This document shows positions 42,338-52,402 of a DNA stretch of 64,000 bases, one piece after another. The number at the start of each line of letters is the position of its first letter. Position 1 is the first letter of the stretch. The position numbers and the translations under genes were made by a program. This DNA is from an uncultured Nitrospiraceae bacterium (GTDB lineage Bacteria; Nitrospirota; Thermodesulfovibrionia; Thermodesulfovibrionales; Dissulfurispiraceae), in the NCBI GenBank assembly GCA_963705105.1, contig CAVPIW010000006.1, forward strand, positions 992,001 through 1,056,000. The letters run 5' to 3'. Below the pieces are notes generated by a model. The model saw only the letters and a program-made list of their open reading frames with translations, was not told the DNA's origin and did no database searches.

Positions 42338-43825
42338 TCAGTCGATCTGGGCCTTCTGGAGCCGGCCACTGTAATCCCTGTAGATCACCTTCCAGTGCGT
42401 GTAGAAGTCGAGTGCCCCTCCCCTGCCGCCGGCCTCACGATAGCCGTACCCGCTCCGCTTGACGCCGCCGAAGGGAAGCTGGATCTCCGCGCCAATGGTA
42501 GAGGCGTTGACATAGACGATGCCCGTGTCGAGTTCCCGCTCCGCCATGGCGGTCCTGTTGACGTCACGGGAATAGATGGCCGCGACGAGCCCGTACCCCG
42601 TGCCGTTGACAATCTCGATGGCGTCCTCAAGACTTGAGGCCTTTATGACGCAGACGACGGGGCCGAAGATCTCCTCCCTGGCGATCGTCATATGCGGCTC
42701 CACTCCTGCAAAAATGGTCGGCTCGATGAAGAAGCCCCGGGCGCATTCTCCGGTCAGGCAGCGTGCGCCACCGGTGACGAGGATGGCGCCCTCGCCTTTG
42801 CCGGTCCCGATGTAGGAGAGGACCCTTTCCATCTGCTGTTCGTTGATCAGGGGACCCACGTCCGTCTCTTTCAGAAGTCCGTTGCCGATCTTCAGTCTCC
42901 GCGCCGCCGCCGCGAACATACCGAGGAACCTGTCATGGACCGCTTCGTGCACGACGACACGGCTGGCTGCGGTGCAGCGCTGCCCGGCCGTCCCGAATCC
43001 TCCCCAGAGGGCGCCCTCGACGGCAAGGCCCAGGTCGGCGTCATCCATGACGATGATGGCGTTCTTTCCGCCCATCTCGCAGGAAACTCTCGTTCCCCGG
43101 GCAGCGCAGAGGCCGGCCAGGCGGGTGCCGACGGCCGACGAGCCCGTAAAGGAAAGGGCGTCGATGCCCGGATGGGAGGCGAGGTAGTCTCCTGTCTCCT
43201 CGCCCCTGCCGTGCACGAGGTTGAGCACACCGTCGGGGAGTCCCGCCTCCTGGAGAATCTCGACGAGTCTCGTGGCGCAGGCCGCCGTGAAACTGCTCGG
43301 CTTGAACACAACCGTGTTGCCGCTGACAAGGGCGGGCATGATTTTCCAGGCCGGTATGGCGACGGGAAAATTCCAGGGCGTGATCAGGCCGCAAACGCCG
43401 ACAGGCAGTCGGACGGACTTGCAGTCCTTGTCGGCCAATTCGGACGGGATGGTCTCGCCTGACAATCTCCTCCCCTCTCCGGCCATGTAATAGGCCATGT
43501 CGATCGCTTCCTGCACATCCCCGAGTCCCTCGGCGAGCACCTTGCCCATCTCCTGCGTCTCGAGGGCGCCCAGCTCCTCTTTCCTCTTCACGAGCAATTC
43601 AGCAGCGCGGAAGAGGATCTCTCCCCGCTTCGGCGGGGGCGTGAGACGCCATCGCCCGAAGGAACCCCGCGCGGCGGCGACAGCATCGTCCACATCCCGC
43701 CTGTCCGACTTCGTCATGGTAGCTACCACCAGCGAGGTGTCGGCGGGATTGATGCTCTCAAGGGTCTCTCCCGTGCATCCGTCGACCCATTTCCCGTTGA
43801 TCAGGTTCCTGATGTGCTCGCTCAT
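42338..43825 (-). CDS. Aldehyde dehydrogenase family protein
   Basis: ITPWNFP, FKPSS, FTGS, EMGGKN, AGQRCTA, EEIFGP, PFGGVK. Confidence 0.92.
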   Translation of the reverse strand: MSEHIRNLINGKWVDGCTGETLESINPADTSLVVATMTKSDRRDVDDAVAAARGSFGRWRLTPPPKRGEILFRAAELLVKRKEELGALETQEMGKVLAEGLGDVQEAIDMAYYMAGEGRRLSGETIPSELADKDCKSVRLPVGVCGLITPWNFPVAIPAWKIMPALVSGNTVVFKPSSFTAACATRLVEILQEAGLPDGVLNLVHGRGEETGDYLASHPGIDALSFTGSSAVGTRLAGLCAARGTRVSCEMGGKNAIIVMDDADLGLAVEGALWGGFGTAGQRCTAASRVVVHEAVHDRFLGMFAAAARRLKIGNGLLKETDVGPLINEQQMERVLSYIGTGKGEGAILVTGGARCLTGECARGFFIEPTIFAGVEPHMTIAREEIFGPVVCVIKASSLEDAIEIVNGTGYGLVAAIYSRDVNRTAMAERELDTGIVYVNASTIGAEIQLPFGGVKRSGYGYREAGGRGGALDFYTHWKVIYRDYSGRLQKAQID

Positions 43826-44997
43826 AAGGGACCTCCCTGCAGCACCGGGTCCGGCGCATCATTGCCCTTCTTCATCCTCGCCAGAACCCGTTCCGTGGCG
43901 ACGGCCATCGCCACGTCCCTCGGCTTCGTCATCGTGTATCCCGCTTTGAGCAGGATGGCCCGGACGTTTTTCACAATCTTCCGCTCGACGACGGTGAGCA
44001 TCTGCTTCGGGTTGTACCCGCGGTATTCCGCGTAGGACGAGATGACGCCGCCGGCATTGGCGATGATGTCCGGCACAACAAGGATCCCTTTCCGGTGGAG
44101 GCGGTCTTCCATCTCTTCGCTCATGGGGATGTTCGCGCCCTCCACAACGATCCTGGCCCTGACACGGTCCACATTCCCCCCGTGAATCACATCGGGCAAT
44201 GCTGCCGGAATTAGAATGTCGACGGGCAGCTCGAACAGCGACGCATTGTCGATTCTCGATGCGCCGCCGTAATTTCCGACGGATCTCGTCTCCCTTTTGA
44301 TCCTGATGAGTTCGTCGAGATCGAGGCCCCGGGGATCGTAGACCGCGCCCCCGGAATCGGACACGGCGACGATTTTGACGCCCATTTCTATGAGATGACG
44401 GCAGACGAAGGTGCCCACATTGCCGAACCCCTCGACGGCAGCCGTCGCACCCTTCGGCTCGATGCGGAGATAGTCCATGGCGACCCGGGCGGCCTTGGCG
44501 ACGCCGAAGCCCGTGCTCCCGAACTCGTGGGGAATGCCGCACTTCTCACCGGCCTTTCCGAAAATGGACATGCAGAGGTCGGCCGGTTTGCCCGTCGCCG
44601 ACCGCCATGACCCGTTGGCGTCAACGTACCACAGCATCTCCTGCTCGCCCGTATTCATGTCCGGACCGGCGATGTAGAGGCGCGGCGACAGGGGCTTCGT
44701 CTTCCTGGCGAACCACTGGATGACCGTCCTTTTCGACGTCGGACCGGGCGCCCTCGGATCGAAGGCGATGCCGGCCTTTGCGCCGCCGAAGGGGATGCCG
44801 GCAAGGGCGTTCTTGAAGGTCATGGTCCGGGCGAGCTTGAAGACCTCCTCTTCGGTGACGCCCGCAGTCATGCGGATGCCCCCCTTTCCAGGGCCGAGGG
44901 CGGTGTTGTCGATGACGAGAAAGGCCCAGACGCCGGCATCGGGGTTATAGAGCTTGACACAGTATTCCGGTCCGAAAATGTCTCCAGCGATCGTCAT
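43822..44997 (-). CDS. Glu/Leu/Phe/Val dehydrogenase
   Basis: GPGKGGIR, MTFKNA, GGAKAG, GPDMNT, TGKP, GFGNVG, EGAN, PDIIANAGGV. Confidence 0.9.
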   Translation of the reverse strand: MTIAGDIFGPEYCVKLYNPDAGVWAFLVIDNTALGPGKGGIRMTAGVTEEEVFKLARTMTFKNALAGIPFGGAKAGIAFDPRAPGPTSKRTVIQWFARKTKPLSPRLYIAGPDMNTGEQEMLWYVDANGSWRSATGKPADLCMSIFGKAGEKCGIPHEFGSTGFGVAKAARVAMDYLRIEPKGATAAVEGFGNVGTFVCRHLIEMGVKIVAVSDSGGAVYDPRGLDLDELIRIKRETRSVGNYGGASRIDNASLFELPVDILIPAALPDVIHGGNVDRVRARIVVEGANIPMSEEMEDRLHRKGILVVPDIIANAGGVISSYAEYRGYNPKQMLTVVERKIVKNVRAILLKAGYTMTKPRDVAMAVATERVLARMKKGNDAPDPVLQGGPL

Positions 44998-45031
44998 AGT
45001 ATTCCTCTGACCTCACAGGTGATAGAGATTA

Positions 45032-45335
45032 CCTTATCGTTGCATATAAACCCCGTAGTTGTATAAAAAGGCGGGGCAAAGCGCCTCAAAGCCTTGCTGA
45101 AGGCGACGATACGCATTGTCATCTTCGTGTTTCAGGATTCCACTCTTTGTGTCATCGACCATTGGCGTATAGTTCGTCTGCCCTTTTGATACAGGTGTCG
45201 CCGCACCAAGGTTTTCGGCGCATACACCCCGCCTTTCCCGGGAGATGCTTTGAACCACATCTGCCTTCCCGGAGGCCGCGTCGCTTCAGCGAGGCTGTGA
45301 GGCACCTTGTCCCCTCTCTTTATGCAACCGCAGAG
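45032..45335 (+). mobile_element. Composite MITE family A: outer TIR pair (TSD ATTA) enclosing an inverted, truncated copy (45051-45243)
   Basis: ATTA|CCTTATCGTTGCA ... TGCAACCGCAGAG|ATTA with the internal family-A body in the opposite orientation. Confidence 0.7.
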
Positions 45336-45506
45336 ATTACCATAAATATACCAAAAAACAGGGAGAAAACCTATTCCGGTGCGAACCGTGAAGACTGTTC
45401 AAAAAAACATTTATTTAAATTTTTATTTATGGTATGCTTTGTCGCAAAAGTAACAGCATACCATAGGGGATTGTTTCTGCGGAGAATACTGCGTTAAGGA
45501 GGGCAT

Positions 45507-46910
45507 ATGGGTAGAAAAGTATTTTTGCGGTTAGCTTTAATCGTATTCATGACTGTGGTCTTCGTGTCGTCCGCCTTCGCCGAGCACCTTTTCGGGCCCG
45601 ACGAACTCGACACGTCCTTCGGCGCCTACTTCAGGTTGAGGCAGGAGATCTGGGACAACAACTTCACGCTGGATACGCTGAACACGCCGCCGGCGCCGTT
45701 GGCGACGACGGCGAACAGGAACTTCTTCCGGCTGAAATCATCGGTATGGGGCAAGCTCGACTACGATAAGACCGCCGCCCTTTTCCTGAAGCTTACGAAC
45801 GAGATGAAGTACTACCTCCCCGTCTCGGAGTTCAGAGAACCCACGGGAAGCACGAGCCGGTATGTGGAGGACGAGCTCATCTTCGACAACCTGTATGCCG
45901 AATTCAACCTCAAGAAGCCGCTGAACATCCCCGTCAGCCTCAAGTTAGGCCGCCAGGACTTTATCATGACGCATGGCGAGGGTTTCCTCATCATGGACGG
46001 CACACCCGGTGACGGCTCCCGGTCATTCTATTTCGACGCGTTCAAGGCGAACATCCAGTTCAACGAGAACAACAACCTCGACCTCATCTACATCACGAAC
46101 CAGGAAACCGATACATACATGCCCGTCATGTACACGCCGCCCGGCAAGAGGCTGCTGAACAGCTCCGACGAGCAGGGCGTCGTCGTCTACTCGAGGAACA
46201 AGCTGAGCAAGAACGTGGCCATCGAACCCTACTACATGTGGAAGCAGGAGGAGGCCTTCGGCACCGTCCAGGAGCTGGACCTCCACACCCTGGGCATCAG
46301 GGGAACCGTGAACGTCGACGGATGGAAGTTCGATGGCGAGTTCGCCTATCAGTTCGGCGAATACGACGGCGGCAGGGACAGGACGGGCTACGGCGGATAC
46401 ATCACCGCCGGCCGGAAGTACGAGAACGTCACCCTGAAGCCGGAATGGTCCCTCAGCTTCATCTACCTCTCCGGTGACGACCCCGACTCGACCGACGAGG
46501 ACGAGGGCTTCAATCCCCTCTTTTCGCGCTGGCCCAAATGGAGTGAGCTCTTTGTGTTCACCCTCGTCCCGGAAACGACGCGGTACACGCGCACGCCGGC
46601 ATACTGGACGAATCTCCTGATCTACCGCGCGAATGTGAGGCTGAATTTCACTCCCCAGGCGAGCCTGTGGCTCTGGTACAACTATCTCCAGGCAGCCGAG
46701 GAGACGAGGATCACCGCCGGCCCCTTTGCCGGTATGTTCTCCAATAACAGCAAGGACAGGGGACACCTGCCCCAGGTACAGTTCAACTACAAATTCACGA
46801 AGAACATAGACGGCTACCTCCTCTGGGAGTACTTCATGCCGGGGGACTTTTACGCGAACGGCAAGAAGGACGCCAACTTCTTCCGCTGGCAGATACAGGT
46901 CAAGATATAA
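45507..46910 (+). CDS. Outer-membrane beta-barrel, alginate-export family
   Basis: Signal peptide, FRLK, LKLGRQD, DGTPGDGSRS, YLSGDDP, FNPLF, amphipathic C-terminal strand. Confidence 0.8.
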   Translation: MGRKVFLRLALIVFMTVVFVSSAFAEHLFGPDELDTSFGAYFRLRQEIWDNNFTLDTLNTPPAPLATTANRNFFRLKSSVWGKLDYDKTAALFLKLTNEMKYYLPVSEFREPTGSTSRYVEDELIFDNLYAEFNLKKPLNIPVSLKLGRQDFIMTHGEGFLIMDGTPGDGSRSFYFDAFKANIQFNENNNLDLIYITNQETDTYMPVMYTPPGKRLLNSSDEQGVVVYSRNKLSKNVAIEPYYMWKQEEAFGTVQELDLHTLGIRGTVNVDGWKFDGEFAYQFGEYDGGRDRTGYGGYITAGRKYENVTLKPEWSLSFIYLSGDDPDSTDEDEGFNPLFSRWPKWSELFVFTLVPETTRYTRTPAYWTNLLIYRANVRLNFTPQASLWLWYNYLQAAEETRITAGPFAGMFSNNSKDRGHLPQVQFNYKFTKNIDGYLLWEYFMPGDFYANGKKDANFFRWQIQVKI

Positions 46911-46928
46911 CAACCTGCCCATATTCAT

Positions 46929-46962
46929 CTGCAGGGTCACGACGCAGGTCGTGACCCTGCAG
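46929..46962. terminator. Perfect 15-bp hairpin (REP-like or terminator) after the porin gene
   Basis: CTGCAGGGTCACGAC-gcag-GTCGTGACCCTGCAG. Confidence 0.6.
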
Positions 46963-46993
46963 CGTCAAAAGGACATTTCTTGCGGTGCTCGCC

Positions 46994-47023
46994 TTGACAA
47001 GCTTTTTCCCGCATCTTTATACT
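46994..47023 (+). promoter_or_regulatory. Putative sigma70 promoter for plsX-fabH
   Basis: TTGACA-18 nt-TATACT. Confidence 0.55.
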
Positions 47024-47041
47024 TTTAATTTCAACGACGGT

Positions 47042-47167
47042 CCTTGACGTTGCAGACACCATGAGAAAAAGGCGGGCAATATCAGACAACATGAACCTTT
47101 CACTCACACTCAGACTCACACTGTCACTGAACCTTATCGCTGCAATACGCTCTCAGGCAGGCGGGGT
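47042..47167 (+). repeat. Two degenerate MITE A left ends plus CACTSA hexamer repeats upstream of plsX
   Basis: CCTTGACGTTGCA...AAAAGGCGGG (47042) and CCTTATCGCTGCAATAC...AGGCGGGG (47132). Confidence 0.55.
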
Positions 47168-47199
47168 GAATCTGTCGGCATGATAACGAGGTTTCCTTC

Positions 47200-48234
47200 A
47201 TGAGGGTCGCCCTTGATGCCATGGGCGGCGATTTCGCCCCCAATGTGACCGTCGCCGGCGCCATCGAGGCGGTCAACGAACTCGACGTGGAGGTCATCCT
47301 TGTCGGGGACAAAGACCGCATAACGGCCGCTCTGGAAGGCAAGCGGTATCCGGAGCGGAAGATATCGGTTTTCCACGCACCCGAAGTCGTGGGGATGGAC
47401 GAGTCTCCTGCAGTCTCCCTCCGGAAGAAACGGGAATCCTCGATCCGCAAGGCCGTCGAGCTCGTGAAAAAGGGCGACGCCGACGCCGTCGTCAGCGCCG
47501 GCCATTCCGGCGTCGCCATGGCGACGTCCCTCTTCGTCCTCGGAAAACTGCCGAACGTCGACAGGCCGGCCATTGCCACCGTCATGCCCTCCCTGACGGG
47601 ATATTTCGTGATCATCGACGTGGGCGCAAATGTGGACAGCAAACCCGAGAACATCCTCCAGTTCGCATACATGGGCAACGCCTATTGCAAGACGATGCTC
47701 AACGTCCCGTCGCCGCGCGTCGCCCTTCTCAGCATCGGCGAGGAGGACACAAAGGGCAACGAACTGACGAAGGAATCCTTCAAGTACCTGAAGGGGTCCA
47801 CCCTGAACTTCATCGGCAATATCGAGGGCAAGGACATCTTTTCCGGCCATGCCGATGTGATCGTCTGCGACGGCTTCATCGGCAACGTGGTGCTCAAGGT
47901 GAGCGAGGGGCTCGCCGAAACGATCATCAAAATGCTGAAACTGGAGATCGCAAATATAGCGACAGGCAAGATCGGGTATCTTATGATCAAGCCGGCGCTG
48001 AGGAACTTCAAGAAGCGCTCCGATTATTCCGAGGTCGGGGGGGCACCCCTCCTCGGCATCAATGGTATCAGCATCATCAGCCACGGCCGTTCTTCGGCGC
48101 GCGCCATCAAAAACGCGGTCCGCTTCGCCGCCGAGATGGCGAGGAAAGAGGTCCACAAGATCATCGCCCGGGAAATCATGACGACGGACTTCACCGTCAG
48201 CACCCACGAAGAAGGCCCGGCAGTATCCCGGTAG
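47200..48234 (+). CDS. plsX: Phosphate acyltransferase PlsX
   Basis: ALDAMGGDFAP, VSAGHSG, DRPAI, DVGANVD, IGEEDTKGN, CDGFIGNV, SHGRS. Confidence 0.96.
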   Translation: MRVALDAMGGDFAPNVTVAGAIEAVNELDVEVILVGDKDRITAALEGKRYPERKISVFHAPEVVGMDESPAVSLRKKRESSIRKAVELVKKGDADAVVSAGHSGVAMATSLFVLGKLPNVDRPAIATVMPSLTGYFVIIDVGANVDSKPENILQFAYMGNAYCKTMLNVPSPRVALLSIGEEDTKGNELTKESFKYLKGSTLNFIGNIEGKDIFSGHADVIVCDGFIGNVVLKVSEGLAETIIKMLKLEIANIATGKIGYLMIKPALRNFKKRSDYSEVGGAPLLGINGISIISHGRSSARAIKNAVRFAAEMARKEVHKIIAREIMTTDFTVSTHEEGPAVSR

Positions 48235-48245
48235 GCAACTTCAAT

Positions 48246-48301
48246 GTCGCTATCAGCAAAACTTTGAGGCGCTTCTCCTGCCTTTCCAAACAATAACAGG
48301 G
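48246..48301 (+). repeat. Degenerate MITE A right end between plsX and fabH
   Basis: GTCGCTATCAGCAAAACTTTGAGGCGCTTCTCCTGCCTTTCC...AACAGGG versus consensus GTCGCCTTCAGCAAGGCTTTGAGGCGTTTCGCCCCGCATTTC...TACAGGG. Confidence 0.65.
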
Positions 48302-48313
48302 TAATCGGATACA

Positions 48314-49294
48314 ATGGTCAAATCACGCATCATCGGCACCGGCTCTTACGTCCCCGAAAAGGTCCTCACGAACGAGGACATCGAAAGGATGGTCGACACC
48401 TCCGACGAGTGGATCAGGGAGAGGACGGGCATAAGGGAGCGACGACTCGCTGCCGACAACCAGTCGACGTCCGACCTCGCTTTCGAGGCCTCGAAGAGGG
48501 CCCTCGGAATGGCGGGCCTGGCGGCTGCGGACCTTGACATGATAATCGTCGCAACGATGTCGCCGGACATGCTCATCCCCTCGACGGCATGCTTTCTCCA
48601 GCGCCTCCTCGGGGCGACAAAAGCCGCCGCCTTCGACATCAACGCCGCCTGCTCAGGTTTCCTCTATGCCCTTTCCGTCGGGAACAGCTACGTGAAATCC
48701 GGCGATTACGGCACCGTCCTCGTCGTCGGATCGGAGATCCTCTCACGCTTCACGGACTGGAAAGACCGGAGCACATGCGTTCTCTTCGGCGACGGCGCCG
48801 GCGCCGTCATCCTCAGGCGGACAGAGGGCGACAGCGGGATTCTCTCGGTTCGTGTTCATGCCGACGGGACCCTCTGGCAGACGATCAACCTGCCCGGCGG
48901 AGGGGCGACGAACCCTTCTTCTGAGGAGACGATCCGGCAGCGCCTGCATTACATCAAGATGAAGGGAAACGAGACCTTCAAGATCGCCGTGCGCACCCTC
49001 GAGGCGATCGCTGTCGAGACACTCGCCGACAACGGTCTGAAGCCTGAAGACCTCTCCCTCCTCGTCCCCCACCAGGCGAACCAGAGGATCCTCCAGGCGA
49101 CGGCGAAAAGGCTGGGACTGCCCGGTGAGAAGGTGGTCATGAACCTTGACAGGTACGGGAACACGTCTGCCGCCTCGATACCGATCGCCCTCGATGAGGC
49201 GGTGCGGGGAGGGAGGATCAAGGAGGGAGATTACATCCTCCTCGAGGCCTTCGGTGGCGGGCTCACCTGGGCATCCGCCCTCATCAGGTGGTAA
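48314..49294 (+). CDS. fabH: Beta-ketoacyl-ACP synthase III
   Basis: DTSDEWI, AACSGF, FGDGAGA, PHQAN, YGNTSAAS, FGGGLTW. Confidence 0.96.
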   Translation: MVKSRIIGTGSYVPEKVLTNEDIERMVDTSDEWIRERTGIRERRLAADNQSTSDLAFEASKRALGMAGLAAADLDMIIVATMSPDMLIPSTACFLQRLLGATKAAAFDINAACSGFLYALSVGNSYVKSGDYGTVLVVGSEILSRFTDWKDRSTCVLFGDGAGAVILRRTEGDSGILSVRVHADGTLWQTINLPGGGATNPSSEETIRQRLHYIKMKGNETFKIAVRTLEAIAVETLADNGLKPEDLSLLVPHQANQRILQATAKRLGLPGEKVVMNLDRYGNTSAASIPIALDEAVRGGRIKEGDYILLEAFGGGLTWASALIRW

Positions 49295-49336
49295 CCCTCA
49301 CCATTGCCCTTTCATATGCCTCTGCGACTGCAATAA

Positions 49337-50437
49337 ATGTCCGCTGAACCTCCGCGTATCACATCCGGAAGCATCCTTGTCTACCGTCTGTACGACATTG
49401 CATACGAGATCGACCTGAGAAAAGTCGAAGAACGGCTCCAGCTCGAAGCGCGGCGCCTGAAGATCGGCAGAAAGCCTTTCAGCAGGGCCTTCGAGTTTTC
49501 CAACCCGCCCGTCGTGTTTCAATTAAAGGCGGTCGACCGTGACATCGGCGGTCAGCGCTTCACCGTCAACGTTTCCGGCAAAGTCTACGACTACGGCGTG
49601 GTGAGCATCATCCTCGAGTTTCCCCTGCGCAATGCGGAGCTGCAATCATTTGAGCGTCTCGCCGGCCTCCTCGACGGAAATGATGAGATCGGAACCCTGT
49701 GCAGGGAACAGCTTGAGCACGTCGTTCCCGTCCTTGAGGCTGCTGCGTCGGGTTTTTCGATGAGCAACTTCGAAGAGGATTACACGATCTTCCTGATCCG
49801 GTCCTTCGAGCCGGAGATGACCTTCGACGACGTGCTCCGCGTCTATGATGTCAGCAGGCTGATGCTCTCGGAGGAGAAGCCGCTGCACGCGATCATCCGC
49901 AATGAGCTCCTGGCACGCCGTTTTTCCTATTATGAACACGACGGCGTCATTCTCAACTGGGACAACGCCCTGATGGTCGAACCGTCAAGCGACACGGAGA
50001 TTGCCGACATCCTTGAGTTCGTCAATGCCCAGGTGCTCGAGCTCCGGTATTATGATGCGCTTGTGGACCGGGAACTCGATTCGATCTACGAAAGCATTTC
50101 GGCAAAGGGCGCCCTGTCGATCCTCAGGATCCGGAAGTACGAGACGCTGGCGGCGAGGGTGCTCGGTATGATCACAGACCTTACGGAGGTGACGGAAAGG
50201 ATCGACACCTCCATCAAGGTCACCGAGGACGTCTACTACGCAAAGATATACCGGGCCGCGCTCAGTCTTTACAGGGTGAGGGATTGGGCGGAGGGCATCC
50301 GGAAGAAGCTCGAGATCGCGTCGCGTGTTTATGACATGCTCTACAGGGAGATCGCGAACAAACGTACGGAACTTCTCGAATTCGCCATCGTCGTCCTGAT
50401 CGTCGTCGAGATCGTGCTGTTTGTTTTCACGACATGA
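49337..50437 (+). CDS. Conserved hypothetical membrane-anchored protein (RMD1/DUF155-like)
   Basis: Long ORF with host codon usage; LEFVNAQVLELRYYD, EDVYYAKIY, C-terminal LEFAIVVLIVVEI TM helix. Confidence 0.7.
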   Translation: MSAEPPRITSGSILVYRLYDIAYEIDLRKVEERLQLEARRLKIGRKPFSRAFEFSNPPVVFQLKAVDRDIGGQRFTVNVSGKVYDYGVVSIILEFPLRNAELQSFERLAGLLDGNDEIGTLCREQLEHVVPVLEAAASGFSMSNFEEDYTIFLIRSFEPEMTFDDVLRVYDVSRLMLSEEKPLHAIIRNELLARRFSYYEHDGVILNWDNALMVEPSSDTEIADILEFVNAQVLELRYYDALVDRELDSIYESISAKGALSILRIRKYETLAARVLGMITDLTEVTERIDTSIKVTEDVYYAKIYRAALSLYRVRDWAEGIRKKLEIASRVYDMLYREIANKRTELLEFAIVVLIVVEIVLFVFTT

Positions 50438-50486
50438 TGCGCCCCGCACCAGTCAGGACGTTGCCGCCCCTCGCGAGCGGCGGCAT

Positions 50487-50771
50487 AAACCGGACATTTT
50501 CACTTTGCCGAAAACCGGACATTTCTATCCTGCAGTTGCATGAAAAGGCGGGGCGAAGCGCTCTGAAAACAGTGTCAGTGTGAGTGTCAGTGTCAGTGAA
50601 AGGAATCGTTTTTATATCGACGCTGCCGTCCTGGTATTCGTGACCTTGTTCCGACTGTCGACTGCCGACAATGACTTTAATGACTCAATGACTTAATGAC
50701 TCTTGCGGTGGCATCTTCGCCCCGCCTTTCCGGAAAGCGTATGCAACGATACGGTCTATTTTGCCTTGACA
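50487..50771 (-). mobile_element. Orphan IS end (5'-TGTCAA terminus with tandem subterminal repeats), interrupted by a MITE
   Basis: Removing the MITE reconstitutes, on the minus strand, TGTCAAGGCAAAATAGAAATGTCCGGTTTTCGGCAAAGTGAAAATGTCCGGTTT. Confidence 0.55.
50528..50754 (-). mobile_element. MITE family A variant with short tandem repeats, TSD TCTA
   Basis: TCTA|TCCTGCAGTTGCA ... TGCAACGATACGG|TCTA. Interior has (AGTGTC/AGTGTG)n and (AATGACT)n. Confidence 0.8.
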
Positions 50772-50787
50772 CCCGCCGCAGTCGCCA

Positions 50788-50816
50788 TTGACAATCAAGC
50801 AGTTTTCAGTTAATCT
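50788..50816 (+). promoter_or_regulatory. Putative sigma70 promoter for the carboxylase operon
   Basis: TTGACA-17 nt-TAATCT. Confidence 0.5.
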
Positions 50817-50931
50817 TATCTTGCAGTTCTGTTACATGCAGGGATGAGATGCCGCAATGGAATTTCCCATCCTCAGACGGCGGCCATCGGCCGATAGCAG
50901 GTCTTTCCCCCGTCACTAATTCGTTTTAACG

Positions 50932-52398
50932 GTGAAGACAATGACAAAGAAGATACGAAAAGTGCTTGTTGCAAACAGGGGTGTCCCCGCGGTGAGGGTC
51001 ATGCACACATGCCGCGACAGGAAGATCCCGACGACGGCCGTCTACAGCGCCCCGGACAGGCTCGCCCATCACGTGTTCATGGCCGATTCGGCCGTCTTCA
51101 TCGGAGACGCGCCGCCGGCTGCCTCATACCTCAACATGGACAAGATGATCGATGCGGCGCTGGCGAGCGGCTCCGATGCGATCCACCCGGGCTGGGGATT
51201 CCTGGCGGAAAACGCGGAATTCGCCCGGCGGGTGATCGACGCGGGGCTGATCTGGGTCGGACCGACGCCTGACGTGATCGGCCTCATGGGCGACAAGATC
51301 AGGGCCAAGATGATGGCGACGAAGGCGAACGTGCCGACCATTCCCGGCATCACCACTGTGCATGGCCCAGAGGACATCAGCAGATGGATGCGCGATGACT
51401 CGGTGAGTTTCCCCATCATGATCAAGGCCGCGGCCGGAGGCGGCGGCAGGGGGATGGTCAAGGTGGAGCGGGAGGATCAGTTGCAGGTTGCCCTGTCCCA
51501 GGCGAAATCGGAGGCGAAAAAGTCCTTCGGCGACGATACGATCCTCATCGAAAAGTACATCGAACGGGGGAGGCATATCGAGGTCCAGATCGTTGCGGAC
51601 GAGTGCGGAAACATCGCCCACCTCTATGAACGCGAGTGCACGCTCCAGCGGCGCAACCAGAAGATCATCGAGGAGGCCCCCTCACCGAGCCTCGACGACA
51701 CACTGAGGCAGGAGATCTGCGTCACCGCCGTGCGTCTCATGAGGGAGATCGGCTACACGTCCGCCGGGACCGTGGAGTTCATCTTCGACGCCCAGACCAA
51801 GAAGTACTACTTCCTGGAGGTCAACACGCGCCTCCAGGTCGAGCACGGCATCACCGAGCTCATCACCGGTCTCGACATCGTGGGCATCATGCTCGACGTT
51901 GCCATGGGCAAGAGCCTCCCCCTCCGCCAGCGCGACGTCGTACCGAACCGGTGGGCCCTGGAGGTCCGGCTCAACGCCGAAGACCCGAAGACGTTCAGCC
52001 CCTCCTTCGGCACGATCACGAGGCTTCATGTCCCGCAGGGGCCCGGCGTGAGGATCGCCACGGGCGTGTACGAGGGCGCCGACATCCCGCCTTATTACGA
52101 CTCGCTGTTCATGCTCCTCATGACTGCCGGCGCCGACAGGGCCGATGCCGTCCGCGTCATGGACCGCTCCCTGAGCAGGAACCTCAGGGTCGAGGGCATC
52201 AAGACGCTGGCGCCGCTCCTGCTCAGCATCATCAGGCACCCCAAGTTCGTCTCCGGGGAGTTTTCGACGCGGTTCATCGAGGAGCACATGGACGAGCTGA
52301 TATCCATGTTCAAGGAAAAAGACGCTGAAGACGAAGTGCTGAAGGTGGCCCGCTACGTCGCCGAGATATCCGCGCTGGGCCCCCGGAAATGGATGTGA
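50932..52398 (+). CDS. Biotin carboxylase subunit (pyruvate carboxylase subunit A-like)
   Basis: VLVANRG, HPGWGFLAEN, KAAAGGGGRGM, RHIEVQ, QRRNQKIIEEAP, EVNTRLQVEH, PPYYDS. Confidence 0.9.
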   Translation: MKTMTKKIRKVLVANRGVPAVRVMHTCRDRKIPTTAVYSAPDRLAHHVFMADSAVFIGDAPPAASYLNMDKMIDAALASGSDAIHPGWGFLAENAEFARRVIDAGLIWVGPTPDVIGLMGDKIRAKMMATKANVPTIPGITTVHGPEDISRWMRDDSVSFPIMIKAAAGGGGRGMVKVEREDQLQVALSQAKSEAKKSFGDDTILIEKYIERGRHIEVQIVADECGNIAHLYERECTLQRRNQKIIEEAPSPSLDDTLRQEICVTAVRLMREIGYTSAGTVEFIFDAQTKKYYFLEVNTRLQVEHGITELITGLDIVGIMLDVAMGKSLPLRQRDVVPNRWALEVRLNAEDPKTFSPSFGTITRLHVPQGPGVRIATGVYEGADIPPYYDSLFMLLMTAGADRADAVRVMDRSLSRNLRVEGIKTLAPLLLSIIRHPKFVSGEFSTRFIEEHMDELISMFKEKDAEDEVLKVARYVAEISALGPRKWM

Positions 52399-52402
52399 CG
52401 AC

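Noticed and set aside
50820..50931. Riboswitch in the carboxylase leader
   Set aside because: Some pairing potential is visible, but I could not match any known riboswitch consensus by eye. An Infernal/Rfam scan is needed.
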